Positions 1 to 9,326 of a DNA stretch of 32,000 nucleotides are shown here, in pieces. This DNA is from Candidatus Jordarchaeales archaeon (GTDB taxonomy: Archaea; Asgardarchaeota; Jordiarchaeia; Jordiarchaeales; Freyrarchaeaceae), in assembly GCA_038889235.1 (NCBI GenBank), contig JAWAHN010000001.1, forward strand, positions 794,499-826,498, given 5' to 3'. The translations under genes were made by a program, and so were the position numbers. The notes beneath the pieces are model-generated. The model saw only the letters and a list, made by a program, of their open reading frames with translations, searched no databases and had not been told where the DNA came from. Position 1 is the stretch's first letter. Every line of letters begins with the position of its first letter.

Positions 1-1302
1 TGCTGGAATGTATCGAGGTTCATATACTATGGACTTGTCGCTCTTCAGAATAGAGGACAAGAAACTTGTGGCATGGCTGTTTTCGGCGAGAAGGGGTTGA
101 AAGTTGTTAAAGGTAAAGGACTAGCCGAGGATTTCTTTACGGAAAAATCCTTAGAGGAAGTAAAGGGATGGGCGGGAATAGGACATGTAAGCCCTCTAGA
201 ACCCCACTGCAATGAAAACATTCAGCCTGTCTACGTTGGCGACGGTGTTAGGGTTGCTTTATGCTATAATGGAAAGATCCTCAATTATAAAGAGCTATGC
301 GAGGGCGAAATTAAGCCTGAAGAGGACGCTGTAGCGGTAGCCAACCTTCTAGCAAAAGAGCTTAAGCACAGTGACCCATTGGAAGCGATGGAAAGTGTAA
401 TGGAAAAAATAAGAGGAGCATATTCGCTCATAGCTTTTACGGACAAAGGAGAGATGATTGTTGCGAGAGATCCTAAAGGGATTAAACCTTTAGTTATAGG
501 AAGTTACGGGTTCGACCACGGCGCTGTTGCTTCAGAAAGCGCGGCCATAGACGTCATAGGAGCGGACTTGAAGGCAGACGTGAAACCTGGCGAAATCTAC
601 GTATTCAATTCCTATTCTATCGATAGGAAAAGAGCCTTAAAGGACAGGGAAAGGCACTGCGCCTTCGAGTACGTCTACTTCTGTAGGCCTGACTCAATTA
701 TAAATGGAAAGTCAGTTTACGAAGTGCGCATGAAAATTGGAGAATACTTGGCAGAAGAATTTCCGGTAGATGCAGATGTCGTGATAGGGGTTCCGGAAAC
801 AGCCATACCTTTCGCTATGGCGTACTCCAACGCCACCGGAATACCCATCCACATGGGTTTTGTGAGAAGCGGCAGAAGTATGAGAACAGCTATAAGACCA
901 ACACAGTTCGAAAGACTGGTTGGAGTGCAATTAAAGCTTAACCCAATAAAGAGTGCTATAAGGGGAAAGCGGGTAGTCCTAATAGACGATAGTGTTGTAA
1001 GAGGTACCACCACGAGAAACATAGTAAACATCATGAGGAACAAGATAGGAGCAAAAGAAGTGCATGTGAGAGTGGGAAGCTCAAGACTCATAGCTCCCTG
1101 CCCGTTCGGCGTGGAGGTCCCCGGAAAAGACGAATTGATAGCGGCTCATTTGACAGAGGAAGAGATAAGTAAAGTAGTCGGGGCAGATACTTTCGCTTGG
1201 CTATCCCTTGAAGGTATGGTTAAAGCCATAGGGCTTCCGAAGGATAAACTTTGCATGGGGTGCTTCACTGAGGAATATCCATATTTGGAGGAAGAGACAT
1301 GA
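1..1302 (+). CDS. purF: Amidophosphoribosyltransferase, Fe-S type; 5' end lies outside the window; glutaminase domain divergent
   Basis: Frame +1 is open from base 1 (CWNVSRFIYYGLVALQNRGQETCGM...). PRPP-binding motif VLIDDSVVRGTT. Cys pattern RHCAFEYVYF / APCPFG / LCMGCF as in 4Fe-4S PurF. Overlaps purD (ATGA). Confidence 0.92.
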   Translation, partial: CWNVSRFIYYGLVALQNRGQETCGMAVFGEKGLKVVKGKGLAEDFFTEKSLEEVKGWAGIGHVSPLEPHCNENIQPVYVGDGVRVALCYNGKILNYKELCEGEIKPEEDAVAVANLLAKELKHSDPLEAMESVMEKIRGAYSLIAFTDKGEMIVARDPKGIKPLVIGSYGFDHGAVASESAAIDVIGADLKADVKPGEIYVFNSYSIDRKRALKDRERHCAFEYVYFCRPDSIINGKSVYEVRMKIGEYLAEEFPVDADVVIGVPETAIPFAMAYSNATGIPIHMGFVRSGRSMRTAIRPTQFERLVGVQLKLNPIKSAIRGKRVVLIDDSVVRGTTTRNIVNIMRNKIGAKEVHVRVGSSRLIAPCPFGVEVPGKDELIAAHLTEEEISKVVGADTFAWLSLEGMVKAIGLPKDKLCMGCFTEEYPYLEEET

Positions 1303-2774
1303 AAATCCTGTTAGTAGGGGAAGGAGCAAGGGAGCACGCGATAGCTGACGCTCTATCGAGAAGCACTTACAGCCCGCGAATATTCGCGGTAATGAAGCTC
1401 AGAAATCCAGGTATTTCTAGGATTTGCGAAGAGACAAGAGGTGAGGTTAAACTAGGCGACTCTACAGATCCCTCCTTTGTTGCTTCAATCGCAGAGCAGT
1501 TCTCAGTGGACTTTGTGTTCATAGGGCCGGAGGAGCCACAGTTCCACGGAGTTGCCGATGAGGTTGAAAATAGAGGGATTCCTTGCGTAGGCGCTAAGCG
1601 AGGTCCTTCAGAGATAGAGATGTCAAAGGCATTTATGCGCCGCCTTATGTGGAAATACAAGATACCCGGTAGGTTACGCTTTATGGCGTTCAAAAATATC
1701 GAAGACGCTGTAGCATACATTGAAGAGTACGCTGAAAGCATAGCTCTTAAACCAGCCAGACAGGCTGGAGGAAAAGGAGTTAAGGTGATCGCCGACCTGC
1801 AAGCATACTTGAAAAAAGAGAAAGAGGAAGTTAAGAAGAAACATGTTAGAAACATAGTAGAAGAGCACATGCGGCCGTACACCGACATTGAAGAGCGGAT
1901 TTTGATAGAACAAAAGGTCGAGGGGCCCGAATACACTCTTCAATGTTTTACGGATGGACGTGTTGTAAAACCACTTCCACTAGTGCAGGATAATAAAAAC
2001 GCCTATGAGATGGATATAGGACCGGAAACAGGCGGCATGGGCAGCATTTCTGGTCCTGGAAAAACTTTGCCGTTCATTTCCGAAGAGGAGTATGAAGAAT
2101 CAGTCGAGATAGTTTTTCAAACGGTGAGAGCTATAGAAAAGGAAGTTGGGGAAGCCTACAAGGGGATTATTGCCGGGCAGATGATGCTCACGGCGTTGTG
2201 GGGTCCTACAATAATAGAGTTTTATTCTCGCTTTGGAGACCCTGAAGCGGTAAACGTGCTGCCACTACTTGAAACAGACCTCGTTGAAATTTCGGAGGCA
2301 ATAATATCACAGTCGCTCAATAAGGTTAAGCTCGAATTCAGGGATTCTGCCACTGTAGTTAAATGCGTAGCTCCGAGGGGGTATCCTAATAGGAGGGACC
2401 TCGCCAAGGGGCATCCGATCTATGTGGATGAAAGCAAAATTAAGGAAGCTGGCGGAAGAGTTTTCTATGGCTCAATAGACATAGTGAACGGTGAAATGAT
2501 CACTGGGGGTTCTAGGGCTGTTGAAATTTTTGCGGAAGCAGACACAATACCAGCCGCTTCAGAGATAGCCGAGAAATGCGTCCAGTACGTGACTTTGGGG
2601 GATGGGTGGAAGCTATTCCACCGCTCCGACATAGGAACGGAAGAACTCTTGAATGAAAGAATAGAATTAGCGAAATTGATAAGGGAGATATACCGCTATA
2701 GAAGGGAGAAGAACTTAATAGGAAGACAAATAGATTGGATTCCGAAGCGAGGACGCATAGAATATGAATTTTAG
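1299..2774 (+). CDS. purD: Phosphoribosylamine-glycine ligase
   Basis: N-terminal KILLVGEGAREHA, VFIGPEEP, QDNKNAYEMDIGPETGGMGS, IEFYSRFGDPE; located in a pur cluster. Confidence 0.96.
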   Translation: MKILLVGEGAREHAIADALSRSTYSPRIFAVMKLRNPGISRICEETRGEVKLGDSTDPSFVASIAEQFSVDFVFIGPEEPQFHGVADEVENRGIPCVGAKRGPSEIEMSKAFMRRLMWKYKIPGRLRFMAFKNIEDAVAYIEEYAESIALKPARQAGGKGVKVIADLQAYLKKEKEEVKKKHVRNIVEEHMRPYTDIEERILIEQKVEGPEYTLQCFTDGRVVKPLPLVQDNKNAYEMDIGPETGGMGSISGPGKTLPFISEEEYEESVEIVFQTVRAIEKEVGEAYKGIIAGQMMLTALWGPTIIEFYSRFGDPEAVNVLPLLETDLVEISEAIISQSLNKVKLEFRDSATVVKCVAPRGYPNRRDLAKGHPIYVDESKIKEAGGRVFYGSIDIVNGEMITGGSRAVEIFAEADTIPAASEIAEKCVQYVTLGDGWKLFHRSDIGTEELLNERIELAKLIREIYRYRREKNLIGRQIDWIPKRGRIEYEF

Positions 2775-2792
2775 CCGAAAGGGGGCAAATAA

Positions 2793-3191
2793 TTGGTTGA
2801 CGTAGCAGTAATATTAGGAAGCGAAAGTGACATGAAGGTGGCTGAGGGAGCTATAGAAGTCCTTTCGCAAAACGGGGTGAGCTTTGAGGTTAAAGTACTA
2901 TCAGCTCACAGGAATCCAGAGGAGCTAGAGAGGTACATCAAGGAAACTGACGCAAAGATTTTCATAGGAATAGCCGGATTAGCAGCCCACCTTCCGGGAT
3001 TCATCGCTTCCAGAACGGATAAACCCGTCATAGGCGTGCCCGTTAGCGCTAAATTAGGAGGGCTCGATGCGTTACTGTCGATAGTTCAAATGCCATCTGG
3101 AGTTCCGGTTGCATGCGTAGGAATAGACAATGCCAAAAATGCCGCGTACTTGGCTCTGAGAATCTTGAAACTAGCTAAGCTCGTTCGTTAA
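2793..3191 (+). CDS. purE: AIR carboxylase / N5-CAIR mutase
   Basis: [46 protein letters not shown] start after a GGGGG RBS. Confidence 0.95.
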   Translation: MVDVAVILGSESDMKVAEGAIEVLSQNGVSFEVKVLSAHRNPEELERYIKETDAKIFIGIAGLAAHLPGFIASRTDKPVIGVPVSAKLGGLDALLSIVQMPSGVPVACVGIDNAKNAAYLALRILKLAKLVR

Positions 3192-3263
3192 TTTCTAAAT
3201 GATTTAAGCGTGGCGACGATTTTCTCATTTTACAATTTTTAAATAGTTTGTTGAGGTGGTTGT

Positions 3264-4643
3264 TTGAAGGAAGTGGTCATAGTTGGAGGGGGAGTAGCGG
3301 GACTATTTGCTGCTTACGAGTTAGCAAGGTACAAGGATTTGTTTAAAGTGACCGTAGTAGAGATGGGTGAAGACGTTTCAAGCCGAAGATGCCCTTTAGA
3401 TAGTTATAAAATGTGTACACGGTGTAAACCGTGTAATATTATGAGCGGGGTGGGGGGAGCAGGACTTTTCTCTAGTGGGTTATTGAACCTTCACCCTAGG
3501 ATAGGAGGAGATCTCGTCGAGTTCGTTGGCTCTGAAGAGTACGCGTGGAGTTTAGTTGAATACGTTGACAGAATTTTTCTCGAGTGCGGGGCACCGGAGA
3601 ATGTCTTTAAGCCTGATGAGAAGAGCGTTGAAGAACTTGAGAGAAAGGCAGCTTCTGCAGGAATAATGTTCATTCCAATAACGCAAAGACTAATAGGAAC
3701 CGAGAACGCTAAGAAAGTTATTGGATGCATGGAGGAAAAGTTAAAGGAGAAAGGCGTAAAGTTCTTGCTTAAAACAAGAGCTGTGAGTGTGGAGGAGGGG
3801 GGCCTTCTAATTTCAACTGGGGAGAAGTTGCGTTACGATTATTGTATTTTGGCTCCAGGAAGAGCGGGTATGAGATGGCTTGTGGAACAAATGAAAAAGC
3901 TAGGTATAGAGACAAGGCATATGCCCGTGGACATAGGGATAAGAGTGGAGGTACCTGCAACAGTTATGGAGCCGATATGCAGCGTTCAGAGAGACCCAAA
4001 GTTTCACATATACACTTCCACCTTCGACGATTTCGTGAGAACATTCTGCGTTAACCATCGTGGCTATGTAGTTATGGAAGTGTATGAAGATCATGTTGGG
4101 GTTAACGGCCACTCCATTTTATCAAAACCTTCGCCTAACACTAATTTTGCCATCCTGAATAGAATAGAGTTAACAGAGCCGCTTGAAGACACAACGGCAT
4201 ATGGTAACTCAATAGCGCGGCAAATAACTATATTAGGTGGCGGTAAACCCATTTTGCAGAAACTTGGAGACCTCAGAAAGGGGAGAAGGTCGACTTGGAG
4301 TCGCATAAAAAGGGGAACTGTTACTCCTACTTTAACCAATGTTACACCAGGAGATATATCTATGGGGCTACCTTACAGAATACTTACCAGTATAATTGAG
4401 GGTATAGAGATGCTTGACGAAGTGATACCTGGGGTTGCGAGCGACTCCACCCTTATTTATGCTCCAGAGATAAAATACTCAGCTAAGAGAGTTATCACGA
4501 ATAAAAATCTGGAAACCACAGTCGAAAACCTCTTCGTAGCAGGTGATGGGGCAGGAGTATCGAGAGGAATCGTGAGCGCAGCCGTGACAGGGATAATAGC
4601 GGCAAGAGGAGTGCTGGAAAAAGAGGGAAAGGAAAAAGGATAA
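3264..4643 (+). CDS. FAD/NAD(P)-dependent oxidoreductase (COG2509-like)
   Basis: GxGxxG (IVGGGVAG), Cys cluster CPLDSYKMCTRCKPC, GVGGAGLFS, VRTFCVN, YAPEIKY, LFVAGDGAGVSRGI. Confidence 0.85.
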   Translation: MKEVVIVGGGVAGLFAAYELARYKDLFKVTVVEMGEDVSSRRCPLDSYKMCTRCKPCNIMSGVGGAGLFSSGLLNLHPRIGGDLVEFVGSEEYAWSLVEYVDRIFLECGAPENVFKPDEKSVEELERKAASAGIMFIPITQRLIGTENAKKVIGCMEEKLKEKGVKFLLKTRAVSVEEGGLLISTGEKLRYDYCILAPGRAGMRWLVEQMKKLGIETRHMPVDIGIRVEVPATVMEPICSVQRDPKFHIYTSTFDDFVRTFCVNHRGYVVMEVYEDHVGVNGHSILSKPSPNTNFAILNRIELTEPLEDTTAYGNSIARQITILGGGKPILQKLGDLRKGRRSTWSRIKRGTVTPTLTNVTPGDISMGLPYRILTSIIEGIEMLDEVIPGVASDSTLIYAPEIKYSAKRVITNKNLETTVENLFVAGDGAGVSRGIVSAAVTGIIAARGVLEKEGKEKG

Positions 4644-4763
4644 TATTAAAACAGTTTAATTAAAAATAAACTTGAAATTTTTACTTCTCTTAGAACGGCA
4701 GTGGTCTTTAAAAGCAATCTTAGAATGAAGATTTCGAAAAACGGAGGTGCGGAGGCTGTTTCC

Positions 4764-5257
4764 GTGAAATATTGGCTAACTTCTAAGGAGAGATTGATAG
4801 TTGATGCATTAATGTTTACAAATAAAATGGGATTCTTTAGCCCATCACTCTTTTCAGAAATGTATTTTTTCTTCACAACCAAGAAAAAGTTCACGAAAAA
4901 CTTTTAAGAGAACTATGCAATACCGTGTGTTCCCCTGACATATGCAGATCATGCCTTGTCGAGCAGTGTGTATGGAGCTTTTTCTTCAGGAATTTTAGAA
5001 GGTTACACATCGAAAGGGCGCCGCCATGTATTAGAAATGCGTACTTTGAAAGAAAATTTAAAATTGTTCTGAGGTATTTTAGCTTCATCCTCCCATTAAA
5101 AGGAAGGACGAAAGCACTATCTTGCAATGAAATGGTTAAAAGAAACCTCTGTACGCCAGACAAGTTCTGTAAAAATATGAAAAGGAAGGAAGTTACACTC
5201 TATCCTTCGGAAAGATTAAAATTAAAAATACACGGTAGTAGGAAACAAAAAGGATAA
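4764..5257 (+). CDS. Putative Cys-rich (Fe-S/Zn) protein with a PriL-C-terminal-like Cys motif; split by a -1 frame change near 4865-4871
   Basis: GGAGG RBS at 4751-4755 and GTG at 4764 (frame +3, stop ends 4907). Frame +2 is open 4841-5257 and encodes CNTVCSPDICRSCLVEQC and PPCI...SCNEM...LCTPDKFC. The unshifted frame +2 ORF could instead start at GTG 4925. Confidence 0.5.
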
Positions 5258-5350
5258 AAGATTTAAAAGGTAGTTTAAACTTAAGTGAAGTAGCCTAAAT
5301 CATTTAATGATATTTTTTTAGGTGCTTTAACTAAAATGAGAGGGATAAAA

Positions 5351-5587
5351 ATGGTTGGAAGAAAAAGAGAGACAATATTACCAGCAGCTCCAATTGACAG
5401 GATAATAAGGATGGCTGGAGCTGAAAGAGTAGCTGATGATGCTGCGGAAACCCTTGGTCGTGTCTTGGAAGAGCTGGGTCTCGAAATAGCCCGCATAGCA
5501 GATGAGCTAGCTAAGCATGCGGGAAGAAAGACTGTGAAGAAAGAAGATATAGAATTAGCATATAAGACTTGGAAAAGAAAGGCGTAA
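5351..5587 (+). CDS. Archaeal histone (HMf-like fold)
   Basis: [22 protein letters not shown]...[17 protein letters not shown] is a classic archaeal histone fold. ATG 5351 follows an AGGGA RBS. Confidence 0.95.
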   Translation: MVGRKRETILPAAPIDRIIRMAGAERVADDAAETLGRVLEELGLEIARIADELAKHAGRKTVKKEDIELAYKTWKRKA

Positions 5588-5624
5588 GGAGAGAGGGGAA
5601 GAAGCAGTTGATTAAAAGAGGCGT

Positions 5625-6314
5625 TTAGCTGCACTTCCTCAAAATTAGCTCAAGCATTTCAATGTAACTATTATTTAATTCTAGTTCCTTATCCAGTTTC
5701 TCTTTTTCTCTATCATACTCTTCTTTAGTTAATTCTCCAATCGCATAACGAGCATAAAGTATTTCAGATTCTTCTTTAATTTGTCTTACTTTTCTTTTAA
5801 GCAATTCAATCCATTTTTCAAATCTTATTACTTCTTTGTAATGCTCTCCTTTGAGATGTTCAAGTTTTTCGCTATATTCTCTTTTTAGCTTTTCATAAGT
5901 CTCATTGCTGATCTCTTTTCTCTTAAAAACCTCCTCTAAACGTTTAAGTTTACCCTCGAGAGAAGCCCTTTCTTCGGCGACCCTTTCTAGGGAAAGAGGC
6001 TTAACCTTTTCTTCGAGAGAGGCACGTTCACTGCTAACTTTTTTAATTTTCTCTTTGAGATTTTTCACTTTTAGAGCGTAATCTTCAACAGCTTTGCTTT
6101 CGGCTATCACCTTGGCTAACCTATCAATCTCGCTTTTAAGAAAAGCTATTTCCCCGGTAACCTCTTCGATTCTTTTGCGTATCGCGAGTTGTTCTAAAAC
6201 ATCGTTAGGAACACCTTCGTCTAGGTTTTCCTTAATTAGTTCAGAGCCACAAAAAGCGCAGAACCTAGCCTTAATGACCGATCGACCACAACTGGGGCAA
6301 ATGACTTCGCCCAT
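5625..6314 (-). CDS. Double zinc-ribbon plus coiled-coil protein with two short GE(I/L)xxExY-type repeats
   Basis: CPSCG...CAFCG at the N-terminus, long heptad-rich region, KEISNETYEKLK and IGELTKEEYDREK repeats. Start is ATG 6314 or the ORF-track start at 6326. Confidence 0.75.
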   Translation of the reverse strand: MGEVICPSCGRSVIKARFCAFCGSELIKENLDEGVPNDVLEQLAIRKRIEEVTGEIAFLKSEIDRLAKVIAESKAVEDYALKVKNLKEKIKKVSSERASLEEKVKPLSLERVAEERASLEGKLKRLEEVFKRKEISNETYEKLKREYSEKLEHLKGEHYKEVIRFEKWIELLKRKVRQIKEESEILYARYAIGELTKEEYDREKEKLDKELELNNSYIEMLELILRKCS

Positions 6315-6453
6315 CTCTCTCACCAATGAAAGAACTAAGAAACAAAGAATTTATTAGAACATTTCTAAGGGGGCAAGATGGTATATTTAAAAAACTTTTT
6401 ATTTTGGAAAGAGGTTACTGAAAATGTAAAAAGCGTTTTACTAGAAGGGTGTG

Positions 6454-6774
6454 ATGATGGCCAAAGAGGAGAATATTAAAAAAATGATCGAAATGTTAGA
6501 CAAGGCTTGGGAGGTTACGCCTTCAATCATCATCTATACGGAAGATTATGTGTACACTTTGTTTCCGATAGATGATAAAAAGGAAAGATGGCAAGAAGTT
6601 TCTTTCACCATCCCCGATGGAAGCATTGAAATACGAGAGCTAACAACAAAAGACGCGCTCATCTACCTTATGGAAGAAATAACGAAAGGATTACCAAATT
6701 ACGTAAAGATACCAGTAGTGACTGAGCTCAATGAGCTTAACGAAATTAAAGAAAAAATTAAAAAGATGGCGTAA
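6454..6774 (+). CDS. Hypothetical protein (~106 aa)
   Basis: Fills the gap between two minus-strand genes, has a G-rich RBS and protein-like composition; no family recognised. Confidence 0.7.
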   Translation: MMAKEENIKKMIEMLDKAWEVTPSIIIYTEDYVYTLFPIDDKKERWQEVSFTIPDGSIEIRELTTKDALIYLMEEITKGLPNYVKIPVVTELNELNEIKEKIKKMA

Positions 6775-6783
6775 GCATTTTAG

Positions 6784-7713
6784 CTACCCCCTCTGTTTCT
6801 GCTCACTTCTCTGTGAACTTTTAAAGATTAAAGAGGTCAGGTTACTAAAGTCAATGGGTATGAACAGGTTTGAGGTGCCGCTTCCGCCAATGCTCTCGAG
6901 AGCCTTAAGGTAGTAGAGAAGGAAAGTGTTATTGTCCATGTTCTTTGCACTTTCGAATACCCTTTCAAGAGCTTCCGCCCTCCCTTCTGCTTCAAGAATC
7001 ATTGCGATTTTTTCTCCCTCAGCCTCTATGACCCATGCTTCTCTTTCTCCTTCAGCCCGCAAGATTTCACTTCGCGCCTCACCTTCAGCCACTTTTATCG
7101 TGGCTTCCCGTTTGCCCTCGGCCTCGGTGACCATAGCTCTACGCTCTCGTTCAGCTTCTAGTTGTTTCACCATCGCTTCCTGAACTTTTTTAGGCGGAGT
7201 TATCTCGCGCAGTTCAACCGCGGTAACCTTAACTCCCCATCTTTCTGTCACTTCATCAAGTTTGTCCCTAAGCACCGTGTTAATGTATTCCCTTTTGGCA
7301 AGAAGATCATCTAGAACTATGTCTCCAATGACTGATCTAAGCGTAGTTTGGGCGATTCCAAAAGTAGCTCCCCGAAAATCTCTAACCTTAACTACAGAGT
7401 TCGCCGGATCCACGACACGGAAATAGATTAAAACATCTATGTCTACGGGAGCATTATCCTTAGTGATACACTTCTGTCCTTTCACTTCGATGAAAACTTC
7501 TCTCAAATCTACTTTTGCAGCTCTATCAATTATCGGAAGCAAAAAGATTATGCCGGGGCCCTTGACTCCGATGAGGCGGCCAAGCCTGAAAATTACGGCG
7601 CGTTCGTACTCTTTGAGTATCTTTATGTTGGGTAAGACGAATATAAGGAAAACCAAGATAACAATAGCCGTGAAAATAAGTTCCGCTTCTCCCATTTGCC
7701 AATCCCCCGACAC
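6784..7713 (-). CDS. SPFH/Band 7 (stomatin-like) membrane protein
   Basis: N-terminal TM helix, EYERAVIFRLG, ITKDNAPVDID, AQTTLRSVIG, WGVKVTAVEL, AERERRA...AEG repeats. Alternative start ATG 7695. Confidence 0.93.
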   Translation of the reverse strand: MSGDWQMGEAELIFTAIVILVFLIFVLPNIKILKEYERAVIFRLGRLIGVKGPGIIFLLPIIDRAAKVDLREVFIEVKGQKCITKDNAPVDIDVLIYFRVVDPANSVVKVRDFRGATFGIAQTTLRSVIGDIVLDDLLAKREYINTVLRDKLDEVTERWGVKVTAVELREITPPKKVQEAMVKQLEAERERRAMVTEAEGKREATIKVAEGEARSEILRAEGEREAWVIEAEGEKIAMILEAEGRAEALERVFESAKNMDNNTFLLYYLKALESIGGSGTSNLFIPIDFSNLTSLIFKSSQRSEQKQRG

Positions 7714-7888
7714 GCCAACGTGATAACCTTTCTATCTTGGAGGTTAAAAATAAATATTTCTACTAGACAGTAAGTTTTTGATAAAGAGCTAAAAATTGTA
7801 AAGTACGTACGGGTGTGGAGAAAAAGAAATTTTCCTGCTAAACGAGTTCTTGCTTTTAGAGTAAGGAAAGAGTGTACGGAGGGGAAGC

Positions 7889-8149
7889 ATGCAAAGTACG
7901 GAATTTAATATACCTTTGAAAAACGCTATACTAAGTATCCTGAAAAAGAGGCAGGGTCTGATTATAGACAAAGAGCTCTTTAGTATACTTCAGAAGATGT
8001 TTGACGAGATCTCCCCGAGAGACATAAACCGCGCTTTGATGCAACTCGAGATAGAAGGGTTAATTCATGTCTCGCAGATAGCGAAGAACAGGAGGAGTAT
8101 AGAATTAATTAAGCCAGGACAGGAGTTTCTTGCTGTTGGAGAAGATTAA
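7889..8149 (+). CDS. Small winged-helix protein
   Basis: wHTH-like pattern ...ELFSILQ...DINRALMQLEIEGLIHV...; GGGG RBS. Confidence 0.7.
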   Translation: MQSTEFNIPLKNAILSILKKRQGLIIDKELFSILQKMFDEISPRDINRALMQLEIEGLIHVSQIAKNRRSIELIKPGQEFLAVGED

Positions 8150-8285
8150 AAGCGGGTTATAACATTCAAGTGAAAGTGTTTTTCTGAAAAGATAAGGTGC
8201 TATGAAAAATTTTTTAGTTCCCTTTTGAATTAATAAGGTTGGGTTGTGACTTGGAAGGGTTTAAGGGTTTGCGTGGGGAGGATTT

Positions 8286-9326
8286 ATGGGCGTAAATCTG
8301 AGGGAACTTGTTGTTGCGCGACCGATATCTATTGGGGATCTTTCAGGTAAGGTCGTAGCGATAGACGCTATGAATGCGCTCTACCAGTTTTTAGCAACAA
8401 TAAGGCAACCTGACGGAACCAGCCTTATGGATAGTAGGGGGAGGATTACTTCGCACCTTAGTGGCTTATTTTACAGAACGGTTAACTTTCTGGAGGAAGG
8501 GTTGAAGCCTGTTTATGTTTTCGATGGAAAACCTCCTGTTCTGAAAATGAAGACGGTAGACGAGAGGAGGAGGATAAGGGAGGAAGCTAAAGAGAAGTGG
8601 GAGGAGGCATTAGCCAAGGGAGAGATAGAGGAGGCTAGGAAGTATGCTCAAGCTGCTTCATTCATAACAGATGAAATGATAGGGGAAAGCAAGAAGTTGT
8701 TAGAAGCGCTTGGAGTGCCTTATGTCCAAGCTCCTTCTGAGGGGGAGGCACAAGCAGCATATATGGTTAAAAAGGGAGATGCGTGGTGCACTGCAAGTCA
8801 AGATTACGACTCGCTTCTATTTAATGCGCCGCGACTTGTAAGAAATTTGACTATTAGTGGAAGGAGAAAGCTTCCAGGAAAAAAGGAGTACGTGAAAATT
8901 GAGCCGGAGCTTATACTCTTAGAGGAAGTTTTGAGGACACATGGGTTAACGCGGGAACAGTTGATAGCGATAGGCATCCTTTTGGGCACAGATTATAACG
9001 AGGGAGTTAAAGGCGTTGGCATCAAAACGGCCCTAAAGCTCGTCAAAGAATACGGTTCAATTAAAGAGATAATTAAGCGAAAAGGGTACGTTTTTGAGGT
9101 TCCAGCTGAGGAGGTAGAGCGGATTTTCTTAGAACCCGAAGTTAGTGACAACTACACTTTAACTTGGAGCCCTCCTGACAGCGAGAAAGTTTTTAAAATA
9201 CTTTGTGACGAACATGATTTCTCGCAAGAAAGGGTTTCTAAGGCCCTCGAAAGACTGGAAGTAAAGGGGAAGAAAGCGGAACGGGCTGGCAAGACTGCAC
9301 AAACCAGTATAGATAGATTCTTTTAA
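8286..9326 (+). CDS. fen: Flap endonuclease 1
   Basis: [45 protein letters not shown]; C-terminal PIP box QTSIDRFF. Confidence 0.98.
   Translation: MGVNLRELVVARPISIGDLSGKVVAIDAMNALYQFLATIRQPDGTSLMDSRGRITSHLSGLFYRTVNFLEEGLKPVYVFDGKPPVLKMKTVDERRRIREEAKEKWEEALAKGEIEEARKYAQAASFITDEMIGESKKLLEALGVPYVQAPSEGEAQAAYMVKKGDAWCTASQDYDSLLFNAPRLVRNLTISGRRKLPGKKEYVKIEPELILLEEVLRTHGLTREQLIAIGILLGTDYNEGVKGVGIKTALKLVKEYGSIKEIIKRKGYVFEVPAEEVERIFLEPEVSDNYTLTWSPPDSEKVFKILCDEHDFSQERVSKALERLEVKGKKAERAGKTAQTSIDRFF

Noticed and set aside
2620-2774. C-terminal extension of PurD
   Set aside because: Similar long PurD proteins are, to my knowledge, usual in crenarchaeal-type pur clusters; not novel.
2793-3191. Short PurE without an adjacent purK
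   Set aside because: Common in archaea; purK may be elsewhere or unnecessary.
4820-4910. A BHB intron as the explanation for the frame change in the Cys-rich ORF
   Set aside because: I tested hairpins 4827-4845, 4864-4890 and 4885-4905 by hand; none gives a paired 4-bp central helix at an intron length that restores the frame.
5294-5322. Imperfect inverted repeat upstream of the histone gene
   Set aside because: AT-rich and imperfect, with no second copy in the window to support an operator.
9323-9326. Convergent genes sharing a TTAA double stop (fen/pcm; also radA and the AIR-synthase-like gene at 23629-23632)
   Set aside because: A common result of genome compaction; no functional evidence.
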